Positions 24,590 to 36,439 of a DNA stretch of 64,000 nt are shown here, one piece after another; positions within the stretch are counted from its first letter, which is position 1, and each line of letters begins with the position of its first letter. The stretch is taken from NCBI RefSeq assembly GCF_004010195.1, contig NC_057750.1:12127144-12191143 (forward strand). The letters run 5' to 3'. The stretch comes from Chiloscyllium plagiosum (lineage: Eukaryota). Under the pieces are notes generated by a model. That model saw only the letters and a list, made by a program, of their open reading frames with translations, was not told the origin of the DNA and did not search any database. Both the position numbers and the translations under genes were made by a program.

Positions 24590-25490
24590 CTTGTACATTT
24601 CTCTGTACCTACTCCCTGTCTCAAAATCCCTGTCACCCACCTTAGAAATATCCCTTTCCTGTTTTGACAACTTCCCCCACCCCATGTTGAAACAATCCCT
24701 GCCTTGAGACCCTTGTCTCAAAGCTCCCCACCCACACTTCCCTCCCCCGTAAAAGACCACCTCTATGTTTCAAAAACCCTCCACTCCATTTCAAAATCCC
24801 CCCCCCCAGCTCGATACTTTTCCCGTCTTGATTCTGACTCCTTCTCTCAAAATCCTCCCTCTATTTCATCTTGAAATCCTCCTTCCATCTAAAAGCGTCC
24901 ACCCCTTCCCCCAATTTGGTCTTGTAACTAGCCTGTCTGTCTCAAAAATCCCCCTCATGTCTCGAAATAACCCCCGCCTTGAACTCTTTCCTCCTATCAC
25001 CCAATCGTGAAATACCTCACCCCTCTTGGTCTCAAAACCCAACCTCAATCTCTATCTTGGAACCATACAACTCCGGTCTTGAAAACTCTCCTTCCTGTCT
25101 TGAAACAGCTCTGTCTTGACACCCCACCCCAACCCCCAAACTCATCGTGAAGCCCCCTCTATCTTGCAACCTCCCTTCTCCATCTGGAAACACTCTTTCT
25201 TGGTCTTGGACAACCCCATTTCCTCAACCGTGCCCAGTCTTGAAACCAACCCCCTCCACCCTGTCTCCCAACAACCCCCTCTCCAAATTTTCCATCCTGC
25301 CTCTCAAAACCCGTCCTCCTCTCTTGAAACCCCACTGTATCTCAAACTCTCTCACTCTGTCTCTCTTTGTCTCCCTCTCATCAACCCCTGTAATGTACAG
25401 TATGAAATCTCCACAGTCCCATCTCGAAACCACCCCTCTTCAGTATCTCCCCCTTCTCTGCCTCAAAAACGTCCTGTCTCAAAATCATCC
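24590..25490. repeat. Decayed C-rich minisatellite, core ~CCTGTCT(CG/CA/TG)AAAC
   Basis: Dozens of TGTCTCAAAA, GTCTTGAAAC and GTCTCGAAA motifs separated by C-rich runs. Confidence 0.75.
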
Positions 25491-25917
25491 TCGCTGGCTT
25501 GAAGTACCTTGGGTGCCCAGCCCTAACTGTAATGTGTCTGTTATTATAGACCAGACCAAGCCCCTCAACATATTTTAAGATGATAGTCTGGACCCTAACT
25601 TTTTCTTATTTTCAAGGAAAGTGTAAGATATTGTGTTCCAGATTCAATTCGACTGGTCTACTAACATACTTTAATTAAAATACAGATAGAATAAGAGGAA
25701 AAGAATTCCTCAACAGTAACTCTATTGAAATGCTTCACAAAATAATATATATAGACTAATTAATTGTTACAATATAGTATCATCCCAAGCACACACCGTT
25801 GGTAAAGGCAAATTCAGTAAAATAGATATTCTCATTTCAGCTAAAGGCCAGGAAACATATACTAGTGGGTTATCTTCTCTATTGGGTCATCTGTAAGCCA
25901 ACAGGTGTAACCTAGTC

Positions 25918-26646
25918 TTGTACCTTGTCTATTCATTGTATCCGTGCTCCTCATGATTTTATAAATCTCTATAAGGTAACCCCTCAGCCTCCAATGCTCC
26001 AGGGAAAACAGCCCCAACCTATTCAGCCTCTCCCCAAAGCTCAAACTCTCCAAGCCTAGCAACATCCTTCGAAATCTTTTCTGAACCCTTGAAAGTTTCA
26101 TAACATTCCTTCCTGTGGAGGAAGACCAGAATTGCACACAATTTTCCAAAAGTGGCTTGACCAATGTCCTGTACAGCCACAACATGACCTTCCACTCCGA
26201 TACTTAATGCTCTGACCAATAGAGTAAAGTATACCAAATGCCTTCTTCACTATCCTGTCTACCTGCGATTCCACTTTCAAGGAACATTGAACCTGCACTC
26301 CAAGGTCTCTTGGTTCTGCAACATTACACAGGACCGTACCATTAAGTGTATAAGTCCTGCACTGATTTGCCTTTCCAATTCCCTGGGATAGGGGAGTCCA
26401 CAACTAGAGGGTACAGGTTTAGGGTGAGAGGGGCAACTTTTAAAAGGGACCTCAGGTGCAATTTCTTTCATGCAGAGGGTGGTGCTTGTATGGAATGAGC
26501 TGCCAGAGGAAGTGGTAGAGGCTGGTACAATTACATTTAAAATACATCTGGATGGATATATGAATAGGAAGAATTTGGAGGGATATGGGCCAAATGCTGG
26601 CAAGTGAGACTAGATTAATTTAGGATGTCTGATCGGCATGGACAAG
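25918..26646. mobile_element. CR1 with inverted 5' segment, inserted in the Gypsy RT
   Basis: 25922-26378 on - strand (LYRTLVKPLLENCVQFW); 26379-26646 on + strand continues the CR1 from the point where the - part ends. Confidence 0.85.
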
Positions 26647-26649
26647 ACT

Positions 26650-28212
26650 CTCCATAGCTCAAGAGGGTCATTTGGGTTGTTTGGAACACACATATTTCCC
26701 TTCTAAGGCATACGCCTGCCTTGGAGAAATGTCTAAGAACTATGTCCAAGTTCTCTAAGTGCCCTTTATTGGTCTTCTCTGTTATTAGCATGCCATCCAG
26801 ATAAATGGCGACCTGAATAAACTTTGTAAAATGTTCTCCATTGTCCACTGAAAAATGGCATAGGCTGGTGATACCCCAAATGGCAGTCTTGGATATCGGT
26901 GCAAACCCTTATGGGTATTAATTGTACAATATTCTGGGACTCCTCATCTAACCACAGTTGTATGAGCACATGGCACATGTCCAACTTTGTAAAGGATAGC
27001 CCTCTCACCAGCTTTGTGTGTAAGTGTGCAAGGGATTGGATATTTTTCCAGCTATGACATGCGGTTTACCGTTTGTTTAAAATCCCCACAAAGGTAATCC
27101 GACCCATCGGGCTTCACTGTCGGACTGGGTTTGATGATTCTTTTGCTTTCCAGCCTCCTGATTTCTGCGTCTACTTTTCCACATCACGGAAATGGTCCTG
27201 AGCGGACCTTGCAGAATCGTGGAATTGCTTCCTGGTCAACATTCAAGGTGGCCTTAGCTCCTTGATAATCCCCAGACCTTCCTGAAAAGCTTCTGGATAT
27301 TTAGTTAGAACTTCAGCCATTTTATAATTGAAAACTGTTGAGCCAATCAAGGTGAATCATTCTCAACCAATTTTGCCCCATCAGGCTTGGGTCCCAGCCT
27401 TTTACTCCAATCTGTGGTGACTGAATCAGCTGCTTCTCATACGAGATCAGAATTGAAGTTATACCCTGAATCTGTAAAGGTTCCCTGGTACAGATTCTCG
27501 GACTAGCAGATGTCTTATGCAAACTGAAGGGTTGGAGCCCAGAGCAAATTTTGTTAAAGACTGGTTCTGCAATCACTGATACAGCCGCACTGGTATCGAT
27601 CTCCATTAGAACCTGGTGAACACTTAACCAGACATTTATTTTGATTGGTTGGTTCTAATTTGGATTGCAAAACAATTTAACCATTCCAAGCCAGATGTGG
27701 ATGTGCACTCTCCTGGATAGCGGCCTATGAGTTCTCTTACTCAATTCAGGCCTAGTTGGACTGTTTCTTGTTCGAGTCTGCATACTGGCAGCAACTGTAT
27801 TGGCTTGCCAGTCTGGATCCTGAAGAAAATGTTAACTGTTTGGCTGAGGCTTGGCTGTGATTTGGGGTTTTGCAACGGATTGACCTAGAGTTCCTTTGTT
27901 CAGGATATGCATTTACCTTCACTCATGTGGTGTCCCCCAAGCTTCATTGGACTGGTGAGGGTATGTGCTTTCACTGGCATACCCTGTAACTCCTGTGCTC
28001 CACTTACTGCACTTTCTAATGACAAAGGCAGTTGCCATGCTTGTTTGAAGAATGGTTGGGCTTCAGATTCCTGAAGAAGGGCTCATGCCCGAAACGTTGA
28101 TTCTCCTGCTCCTTGGATGCTGCCTGACCTGTTGCACATTTCCAGCAACACATTTTCAGCTTCAGCTAGTAAGTTTTGTATGGTTACATCACTAATCCTG
28201 CTCTCGCCACCA
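26650..28212 (-). mobile_element. Ty3/Gypsy internal region (gag, protease and RT relics)
   Basis: MEIDTSAAVSVI (aspartyl protease), FTKLDM, VAIYLDGMLIT...HLENLDIVLRHF...LRREICVF (RT); frameshifted; PBS-like TGGTGGCGAGAGC at 28200-28212. Confidence 0.9.
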
Positions 28213-28213
28213 T

Positions 28214-28750
28214 TGAAATAATTCCACAGAGGCTAGCGCCCTTTATTTACATGTGGAAAGTGTACATATGGCGGCATGTGGCTCAGTGGTTAGCACTGCT
28301 GCTTCACAGCACCAGGGACCCGGGTTCGATTCCAGTGGAGTTTGCACATTCTCCCCGTGTCTGTGTGGGTTTCCTCCAGGTGCTCCGGTTTCTTCCCACA
28401 GTCCAAAGACGTGCAGGTTAGGTGAGTTGGCCATGCTAAATTGCCCATTGTGTCCAGGGATGTATCAGTTAAGGGTGTAATAGGGTAGGGGAATGGGTCA
28501 GGGGTCTTCGGAGGGTCGGTATGGACTTGTTGGGCCAAATGACCTGTCTCCACACTGTAGGGATTCTGTGATTCTATGGAAGTCCTTGACACACATCCAA
28601 TTTCTTCAGAGTCAGCTTTCAGCGTTAACTCTGAGCTCTCTGACACTCCTGTTTATATGTGTCAGCCAGAGCTCCCTGATTGGAATTGGTTAACTGCCCC
28701 AGTCAGGGAATGCACACTCAGTGAGATCCACTTGGCTGACCTTGTTACAC
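28214..28750 (-). mobile_element. Gypsy 5' LTR, interrupted by an HE1 SINE
   Basis: TGTAAC...CCAATCAGGGAG...TATAAA...AATAAA...GGAATTATTTCA; homologous to 57832-58064. Confidence 0.8.
28269..28579 (+). mobile_element. HE1 V-SINE
   Basis: A and B boxes, V domain, tail. Confidence 0.92.
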
Positions 28751-29240
28751 TCAGGATAGCGAGGGTGGGCAGGAGCCTCACTAAAGATGGCCTATAAGTG
28801 AAGTTTGGTGGGTGGGAATGTCAAAAAACCTGACTGCAGCATTGGTTCCCTGTTCTGCTATCACAATGCCAGCTCCAGGCAACTGACCTGTTGCTGATGT
28901 TTCCAGGGAACTGGAGACTGGCAGACAATCACCATTGCCACTCACCCAACCGCGCAACAGAGTCCTTTTCAAAAATGTACTCATTCAGGAGGCACGGATA
29001 TCATTGGCAAGGCCAGCATATTCTGTAATTTGGGTAAGTAGACCTGCTAACCCCCAATCTCCAATCCCCGCAATAATCTTTCCTGTGGACACTGTTCGCA
29101 TTCTCCAGCTACAACAGTATTGTTTGTTTTCTAAAAGCACTAGTTTCGCAGATACAATTACAATGTCAACCAGCTCAGACCTTTATTAGTTTTGTATTGT
29201 CGGACCTGGAGACAGCTTCTTAATCAAGATTCCATAAGCT

Positions 29241-29543
29241 CACGGTGGCCCAGCAGTTAGCACTACTGCCTCACCGCGCCAGAGACCCAGGTTCAATTCC
29301 TCCCTCACGTGCCTGACCGTGTGGAGTTTGCACATTCTCCCTGTGTCTGTGTGGGTTTGCTCCGGTTTCCTCCCACAGTCCAAACATATGCAGGTTAGAT
29401 GAATTGGCCACGCTAAATTGCCTGTAGTGTTAGGTGCAGGGGTAAATGTAGGGGAATGGGTCTGGGTGGGTTGCTTTTCAGCGGGTCGGTGTGGACATGT
29501 TGGGCCGAAGGGCCTGTTTCCACACTGTAAGTAATCTAATCTA
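29241..29543 (+). mobile_element. HE1 V-SINE
   Basis: A and B boxes, partly deleted V domain, (AATCT)n tail. Confidence 0.9.
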
Positions 29544-30099
29544 AAAAAAGGAAAAGAATCAACTTTTTGTTTTGCAATCCACAAAGCTCATCTGAATTGG
29601 GCACTGAAGAGGAGTCGGATATTCTTCGGACAGATTTTATCCTGATTCTTGCTATCAGTGCCAGTGCGGGTTCACATTAATATTTGTGTGACGGTGTGCC
29701 ACCTTGAAAGTTCGCTGCCTGCACCACTGATGCACAGTGGCAACAGTGTGTATCATCCACTGGTTGTACTACTATGGTCCAACTCCTACCAGGGTTTCTT
29801 CAACACCACCTGTGAACACCACTTAGAATAGGCCTTCATCCCTGGGGGGGCGGGACCCCAAGTTAGCTCACAGGGTGAAATTTTGAGTTCTGAGGCATAA
29901 ATGGCTCTGACTGACCAGTAACAGCTATGCCCTGATCAATTGAACCCTGTTGTCATAGCTCATTGACACAGTTTTCACTGAAGTATGTCGATAATTTCTT
30001 GAAATGGGGTCCTGGTGTGAAGAGATTTGAGACACACTGACTTTGCAGCAAATGCCTGGGAACACTAACACCTGCAAGTACCCTTCCAACCTAAAAGCC

Positions 30100-30660
30100 A
30101 GAAGTAAGAGTAGGCCTTTCAGCTCTTTGAGCTTGCTCTGCCATTCAATAATATCATGGGTAATCTTATCTCGCTTCAACTCCACTTTCTGCCCACTCTC
30201 CATAACCCTCCAACTTGTTACTAATTTAAAAATTGTCTTCATTGGCTCCCTGAGCAGTTGAATGTAATGGCAAAATTCAGTGTTTCTCCGTAACTCTGCA
30301 AATTGATTCTATTTAAATAATCACCCAACTCCCTCTTGAATGCCTCAACTGAATCGGCATCCAGTACACGTCCAGGCAGGCATCCTGGACGTGTCAGAAC
30401 TACAAGGTTGACTAAGTCTGTTTCTCGTCTTGCATTTGCTCCTTTGGCAAAACAATTTAAAATTGCACCCTCTGGTTCCTGGAGCAGTTTCTTCCTGTCT
30501 GCTTTGCCCAGGTGCCTCATGATTTTGAAAACATCTATCAGATCTCCTCTTAGATTGCTCCCCAAAGAAAACTGTCCCATTTCTCCAATTTTTCCTCATA
30601 ACTGAAGTTTGTCATCTCTGGAACTTTTCTTGTAAACTTCTGATGCACTTTCTTCAATGT
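30100..30660 (-). mobile_element. Old CR1 3' fragment
   Basis: LRGDLIDVFKIMR...DSVEAFKRELGDYL. Confidence 0.75.
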
Positions 30661-33224
30661 GTTTCCTGTCTGTTTTCTCTTACTTTCTTTTTCTCTCCCT
30701 CACTCTGTTCCTCTCCATCCCTCTGTCTCCTTTAAGATCTCTGCCTCTCTCACTTTGTTTCCCTGTCACTTTCTTTGTCCTGCTATCTTTCAGTCTAATC
30801 TTGTGCTCTCCTGTTTTTTTCTACCTCAATCTCTGCTCTAACCCATTCTCTTCATCTGTGTCTCTCCCTCTCTGACTCTGTCTCATTCTGTGTCAGTTGT
30901 TGAGCCTGTATCTCTCTCATTCTTTCTCTCCCTCTTTTCTCTAATCGTCTTGAAGATTTGATTCAACCTTTTGACTTCCTCCAGTATGGTATATTCAGTG
31001 GCTAACTGATTGTGTGCACGCTAATTGTTTCACTCTCTCTGGGCGCAGAGAAATTCAGTCTCCTAAGGCCACCCAGTCGTATAGGCTTTGTAGTTTATAT
31101 GCTTAATATGTCTTATGAGCTTATAATCATAGGGTACGGAAAGAGACCATTGAGATTGTGCCAGCATCTTGTTTGAGCTTCCCAGTTAGTTCCGCTCCCC
31201 TGTTATTTTTGTGTAGCCTTGCAAATTGTTTCCAATCCATGTATTTATCCACATTTATTTTGCAAGTTACGATTTAATGTTTTCACTGTCCTTTCAGGGA
31301 GCACATTCTAGAATCCTTTTCATTTTCCTTCTCTTTCTTTGGCCAATTACCTTGAGTCGAACAGTGACAATAATATTCTTGATCTTGCTGTGCTCCTTAA
31401 GAATATTTACAGGTTGTGCTGAGGTAAGGAAGACATTAACTTTATTTACAAAACATCACATATCATACCACAAGGCTATAAGAAAACAAAATTTAACACT
31501 TTTTATTGCTTCCAGTGATGACATATGCTTATTAACATATCATAGAGATGATTTAACCCTTTGAGCTACATATCCCACCATGTCTCTGTTCTACTAATTA
31601 AATTAAATCTTTCCTAATTTTCAGATTCTACTCATTATAACACAGTTACCCATTCTCCAACCAATGGAATTAGTTTCTCCTTTTCTAATCATTTATACAC
31701 ATTTACTCTTTTAGTGAATGGAGTTTCTTCTATTTTAGATTAGTATGATAACAAAGACGCTTCAAACTGAGAAATAAACTCCTAGTCTCCATCTGCATTT
31801 TTTTCCAAAATCTCAATTTCTTGTGAAGAGACCAAAACTGGACAAAATATTCACACTGAGGCTCAATCAAGGTTGAGTAATAAAGCTATTAACATTGATA
31901 TGATGAATTATTCAATATTTTCATTTTACGAGGGGCTTGTGTTGATTTACATTTGTTGCAAAGATTAAACATAATCACTTGATTATTTCCTGCTTGAATA
32001 AAGTTTATCTTGGCTGTTCACCTAAGTCTCAAAGATTGGAAATATCCTTGAGGCCCTGGATATAATCATCGTGATGACGAGAAAGGTTTTCTGTTTGTTA
32101 CCATGGGCAACATAATTCAGTTTACATGATGTCAAGGTTACTGGAGATGCTGTTAAAGCTCCAGTACTCTAGCTGTCCTTTGTGAAATTACATGTATGTT
32201 TTCCAGGATTTTTCAATAATTTAATGTAAAGAATTGCATGTATTACAACTGAGACTGAAGAAGTGTATTGCTGCTGTATCCCACTTCTCAACATACCATG
32301 GATCACAGCATTAAAAAAAAATCAGTTGCCATGTTAACCAGTTAAATACTTTATTTATATCAGGTTTTGAATAGCAAGTGCTATCAACTTTATTCCTTAA
32401 ATACGGTGATAGGTTTATTATCAAAACAAAATTTCATCAATGCAGATGCAATCACTGGTTAACATAGACATCAGTAATCGAGAAGTATAAATGTCACTAG
32501 GGCTTTTGTGACACAGTAGTAATGTTCAATCTGTCTCAGAGTTGTGTAATAACATCTCTGAGCAGGTTAATTGGAAAACACCTATAAATGTCACTACTAA
32601 TGTGTAGTTGTCTCTGAAGTGTTGTAGGTGGAGTTTGTTCAGGAAAAACAATGCTGAAATGTTCTTTCAGTCACTTATTCAAAAGAAAATATATGTTTCA
32701 TCCCGAACTTAGCAAAATGGTTTTCTTTTCAAAAATGGGAGGATCAGCTGGACAGCTGGTTCCTGGCAAGCTCTTGTTCTTAGCAGGCTTTCCTCCAATG
32801 CAACTTGTTCTGAGATAGCTTACATCCAATTGAGCCAGTTAAAAGAAGCACCTTTCCAAGCCAGTTGCTGTCTGAAAATAGCCAGGAGGGATCTACAGCA
32901 AAGCAAGCAGTTATCATCAGAGATGTGATTTCTTGGAAGCATTGTTTAAAAAAAATTCTCAAGTCCACAGTGGACTTTCAATGACTTTTTTTGAAAAAAG
33001 CACGTGGGGTGTTTGTAAAAAAAGACCAAAATAACTAATTTCCACAATCCTTCCAAACTTATTTCTTCCAATCAGTATGAAATGCAAAGCATTTTCATAC
33101 ACAAGACAGCAGTAAGAGAGCAGAGCAATTGTACTAATCAGATAACTCTTTCAAAGCGCTTCCACTTTATGGTGGGTTATGCGACCTCCTTCTAGAATGT
33201 GTGATTCTGCACACATATAGACTA

Positions 33225-33433
33225 CAGGTTATTCTGCTATAACGCGTATTTAGTTCACATGAATTAGCTATAATGCGACTGATGAATTGGGGACACTCTT
33301 TCTAAAGTGTGAACTTTCAAAGCGTGTATTGATTATAACGTGATTCGGCCCCATTAATTTAAATGGTGCTGCTATTACATGATTTTCTTATAACACGGAG
33401 AACGGAACTACGACATTATAGCAGAACTGACTG
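33225..33433. mobile_element. Tigger/pogo-like MITE
   Basis: TA|CAGGTTATTCTGCTATAACGCG ... CGACATTATAGCAGAACTGACTG|TA: imperfect ~22-bp TIRs and TA target duplication. Confidence 0.8.
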
Positions 33434-33764
33434 TATTAACGCCTGGATTTTCAAATGTTGCAGACGCTGATTCTCTTGTCAATATTTATCCAATTTCTAA
33501 CATCTGAGAGACCATTTATCAACCATGTACTTCAATTTTAAAAATCCTTTCTTAAGATGTGGGTGTCACTGGCAAAGCCATCATTTGTTGCCCATCACAC
33601 ATTGCTGTTGAACTGAGTGGCTTATTATGGCCATTTGTAGGGCACTTCAGCGTCAATCACATTGTGTGTTTGGAGTCATGTGCAGGCCAGACCGGATAAG
33701 GAAGGCAGATTTCCTTCCCTGAAGGATTTTATTCATGAACCATGTGGGTTTTTATTCTGCAATT

Positions 33765-34075
33765 TTTGAGAAGATATGCAGCTCAGGTTGAGGTTGAGGT
33801 TGTGAATTTGCTCACTGAGCTGGCAGGTTTGTCCTCAGACATTCCATCACCATGCTTGGTAATGTCATCAGTGAGCCTCTGGTGAAGCACTGGTGTTCTG
33901 TCCCGCTTATGTGTCTTGGTCTTTTAAGGTGGGTGATATCACTTCCGGTTCTTTTCCCCAGAGGTTGGTAGATGGGGTCCAAATTGATGTGTTTATTGAT
34001 GGAGTTCCAGTTTGAATTCCCGTGCGAGCCTCTGTTTGGCCTGTCCTAGGATGGATGTGTTGTTCCAGCTGGGTG
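33765..34075 (-). mobile_element. Penelope-like 3' fragment
   Basis: Reverse complement matches 12990-13342, including SINKHINLDPIYQPL. Confidence 0.8.
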
Positions 34076-34854
34076 TTTATTCTGTCGCAGGTGTGTATGT
34101 TGCCAGCATTTATTGCTTGTCCCATGGAGATTGAGTGTCAGCCTCATTTCTGCAGGCCTGCAGGCACTTGTAGGTCAGTCTGAATGAGGAGGGATGATTT
34201 CCCTGGTAAACCAGGTGGTTTTCCTAAAAACAGTTGACAGTTTCACAATCATCATTGCCGAGATTAGCATAATAATTGCATATTTATTAAATGTATTTAA
34301 AATTCAACCTGATGTCATGTTGTGATTTTAACTCAGGGTAAAATCAGCCTTTAGCTTCTGGATTATCAGTCCAGCACTGTTACCACCCGGCACAGTCTCT
34401 TCCAATAATTTCAACAAGGCTCAGAATTTCTGAAGAGGCTTTGAATAAGTCATTGTGCTGAGGAGCACGTTTGTGAAGGGTTGCTACTTCACCTTGAAGC
34501 GTGCTGGAGTTGAGATACACAGACAAAGAAGGATTTATAGAATTTACACAGAGTTCACAGGCACAGAAGCAGGGCACCAGACTCTGCAGGCATGGACAGA
34601 TGTCATCATCTTTAAGTCCATTAAATTGGGGCATGAGTGAATTCGGTGACGAAGAGTGGGGATCGGGTTAACATCTGTGTTTTCCACATTATTTATGCAA
34701 GAGGCAAAATTTAGTATTTGTAAGCTTGAATCTGGATGTTAAAAGCATTGAGTGCTAATTCACTTTGATGCTTGCATGCCTGCAGCAAGATGAAATCAGC
34801 CCTATTTGCCTCACTTTCATTTCTCTCAATCAGTAATTGATGTTCAAGTTTAAG

Positions 34855-35425
34855 ATTCTTTTATTCTTTCAAGGGAGGTGGGCATTGCTGCTCGGGTTGG
34901 AACTTTCATCCATTTCTAATCACCTTTGAGATATTGGCGGTGAGCCACCTTCTTGAACCACTGCAGTCCATGTGTAGGTACACACTCAGGGGCGATGAGG
35001 GTGTTCCAGGATTTTGACCCAGTGGCAGGAAAGAAATAGCCAAAATAATTCCAAGTCATGGTGTGTTGGCCTGGATCTTATGGGTTGTAGAGATTGCAGG
35101 GTTTGGAGTTGCTATCACAGAAACCTTTGTGAGTTGCTGCAGTGCTCCTTGCTGATGTTACACATATCTGTGTGTTGGTGATGGAGGAAATGAGTGTATA
35201 TATTCCTTCACACTTGTGACATGGGCTTTGTAGATAATGGATTAACTTTGAGGAGTCAAGAGATGAGTTACTCGCCGCAAAGTTCCCAGCCTCTTGACCT
35301 GCTCCTTTAGCCCCAGTATATGTGTGTCTGGTGCAATTTTGGGTCGTGGATATCCCCTACCCTGTTGATTGTGTGGACTTAGTGATGGTAAAACCATTGA
35401 ATGTCAATGGACATGGTTAGATTTT
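34855..35425 (-). mobile_element. Second CR1-clade LINE family, 3' fragment
   Basis: GGTGAGCCACCTTCTTGAACCACTGCAGTCCATG...TTCCAGGATTTTGACCCAG shared with 54.9 kb. Confidence 0.7.
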
Positions 35426-35902
35426 CAGTTTCTGACTTCAAGCCTTTGGAGAGTGGTGAGTATTGGGCATATTAGAGAGTTCAGGGTTAATAATAGAACT
35501 TCCTTGTTTCTTAGAACAGCAGGCGTTCTGATATAAACAGGATAGCAGCAGGGTGCCAGGAGAAGACAACATGGCTTACCATCTGCTTTTAATGTCTGTA
35601 TTATCTTCAAGAAATATGTGAGCAAGGAAATCAAGAACTGAGGCAACATCAACCACAAGTGATTGAAGTATAACTGAAACTGGTTAGTCTAATATAAATG
35701 ATATATAGGCAGAGAGGAAAGTTATCTATCGTTTAGAAAGAATGTTTAGGAAGATAAACTATGAATAAAACTACTCAAATCGAGTGTGGGTTAGCATGAC
35801 TTCTTTTTGTGAGAGAAATATTTTCAAACTTATTCAGTGATGCAATGAGGATGAATCCAGCAATTATTGCCCATCTCTAACTTCCTTTGAGGAAACTTCC
35901 CT

Positions 35903-36352
35903 TGAGCGGCACGGTAGCTCAGTGGTTAGCACTGCTGCCTCACAGCGCCAGGGACCCAGGTTTTATTCCAGCCGTGGGTGACTGTCTGTGTGGAGTTTGC
36001 ACATTCTCCCTGTGTCTGCGTGAGTTTTCTCTGGTGTTTTAAAAAATTCTCAAGGTCAAGGACCAGGCTCAACAAGATTCACACGGGACCAAGCGACACC
36101 TTCCATTTTCGGTTAGATTCACACATGTATTGGGACACAATTTTAACCCTTTCACCACATCTGGGTGCTCCGGTTTCCTCCCACAGTCCAAAGATGTGCA
36201 GGTCAGGTGAATTGGCCATGCTAAATTACCCATAGTCTAAACTGCATTAGTCAGAGAGAAATGGATCTGGGTGGTTTACGCCTCAGAGGGTCAGTGTGGA
36301 GTTGTTGGGCTGAAGGACCTGTTTTCACACTATAGGAAATCTAATCTAATCT
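35903..36352 (+). mobile_element. HE1 V-SINE with ~125-bp internal insertion
   Basis: V domain interrupted at ~36036-36161. Confidence 0.88.
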
Positions 36353-36439
36353 ATAATGATTGTGAGCTGTCCATGTCAACTCAGTGACTGCATTGGCCAA
36401 TTCAGAGGGCAGTTAAGAATTGACCACACTGCTGTGGGA

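Noticed and set aside
24590..25490. Repeat-spacer array or Pro/Ser-rich ORFs
   Set aside because: Spacers are low-complexity C runs; the ORFs reflect stop-poor composition
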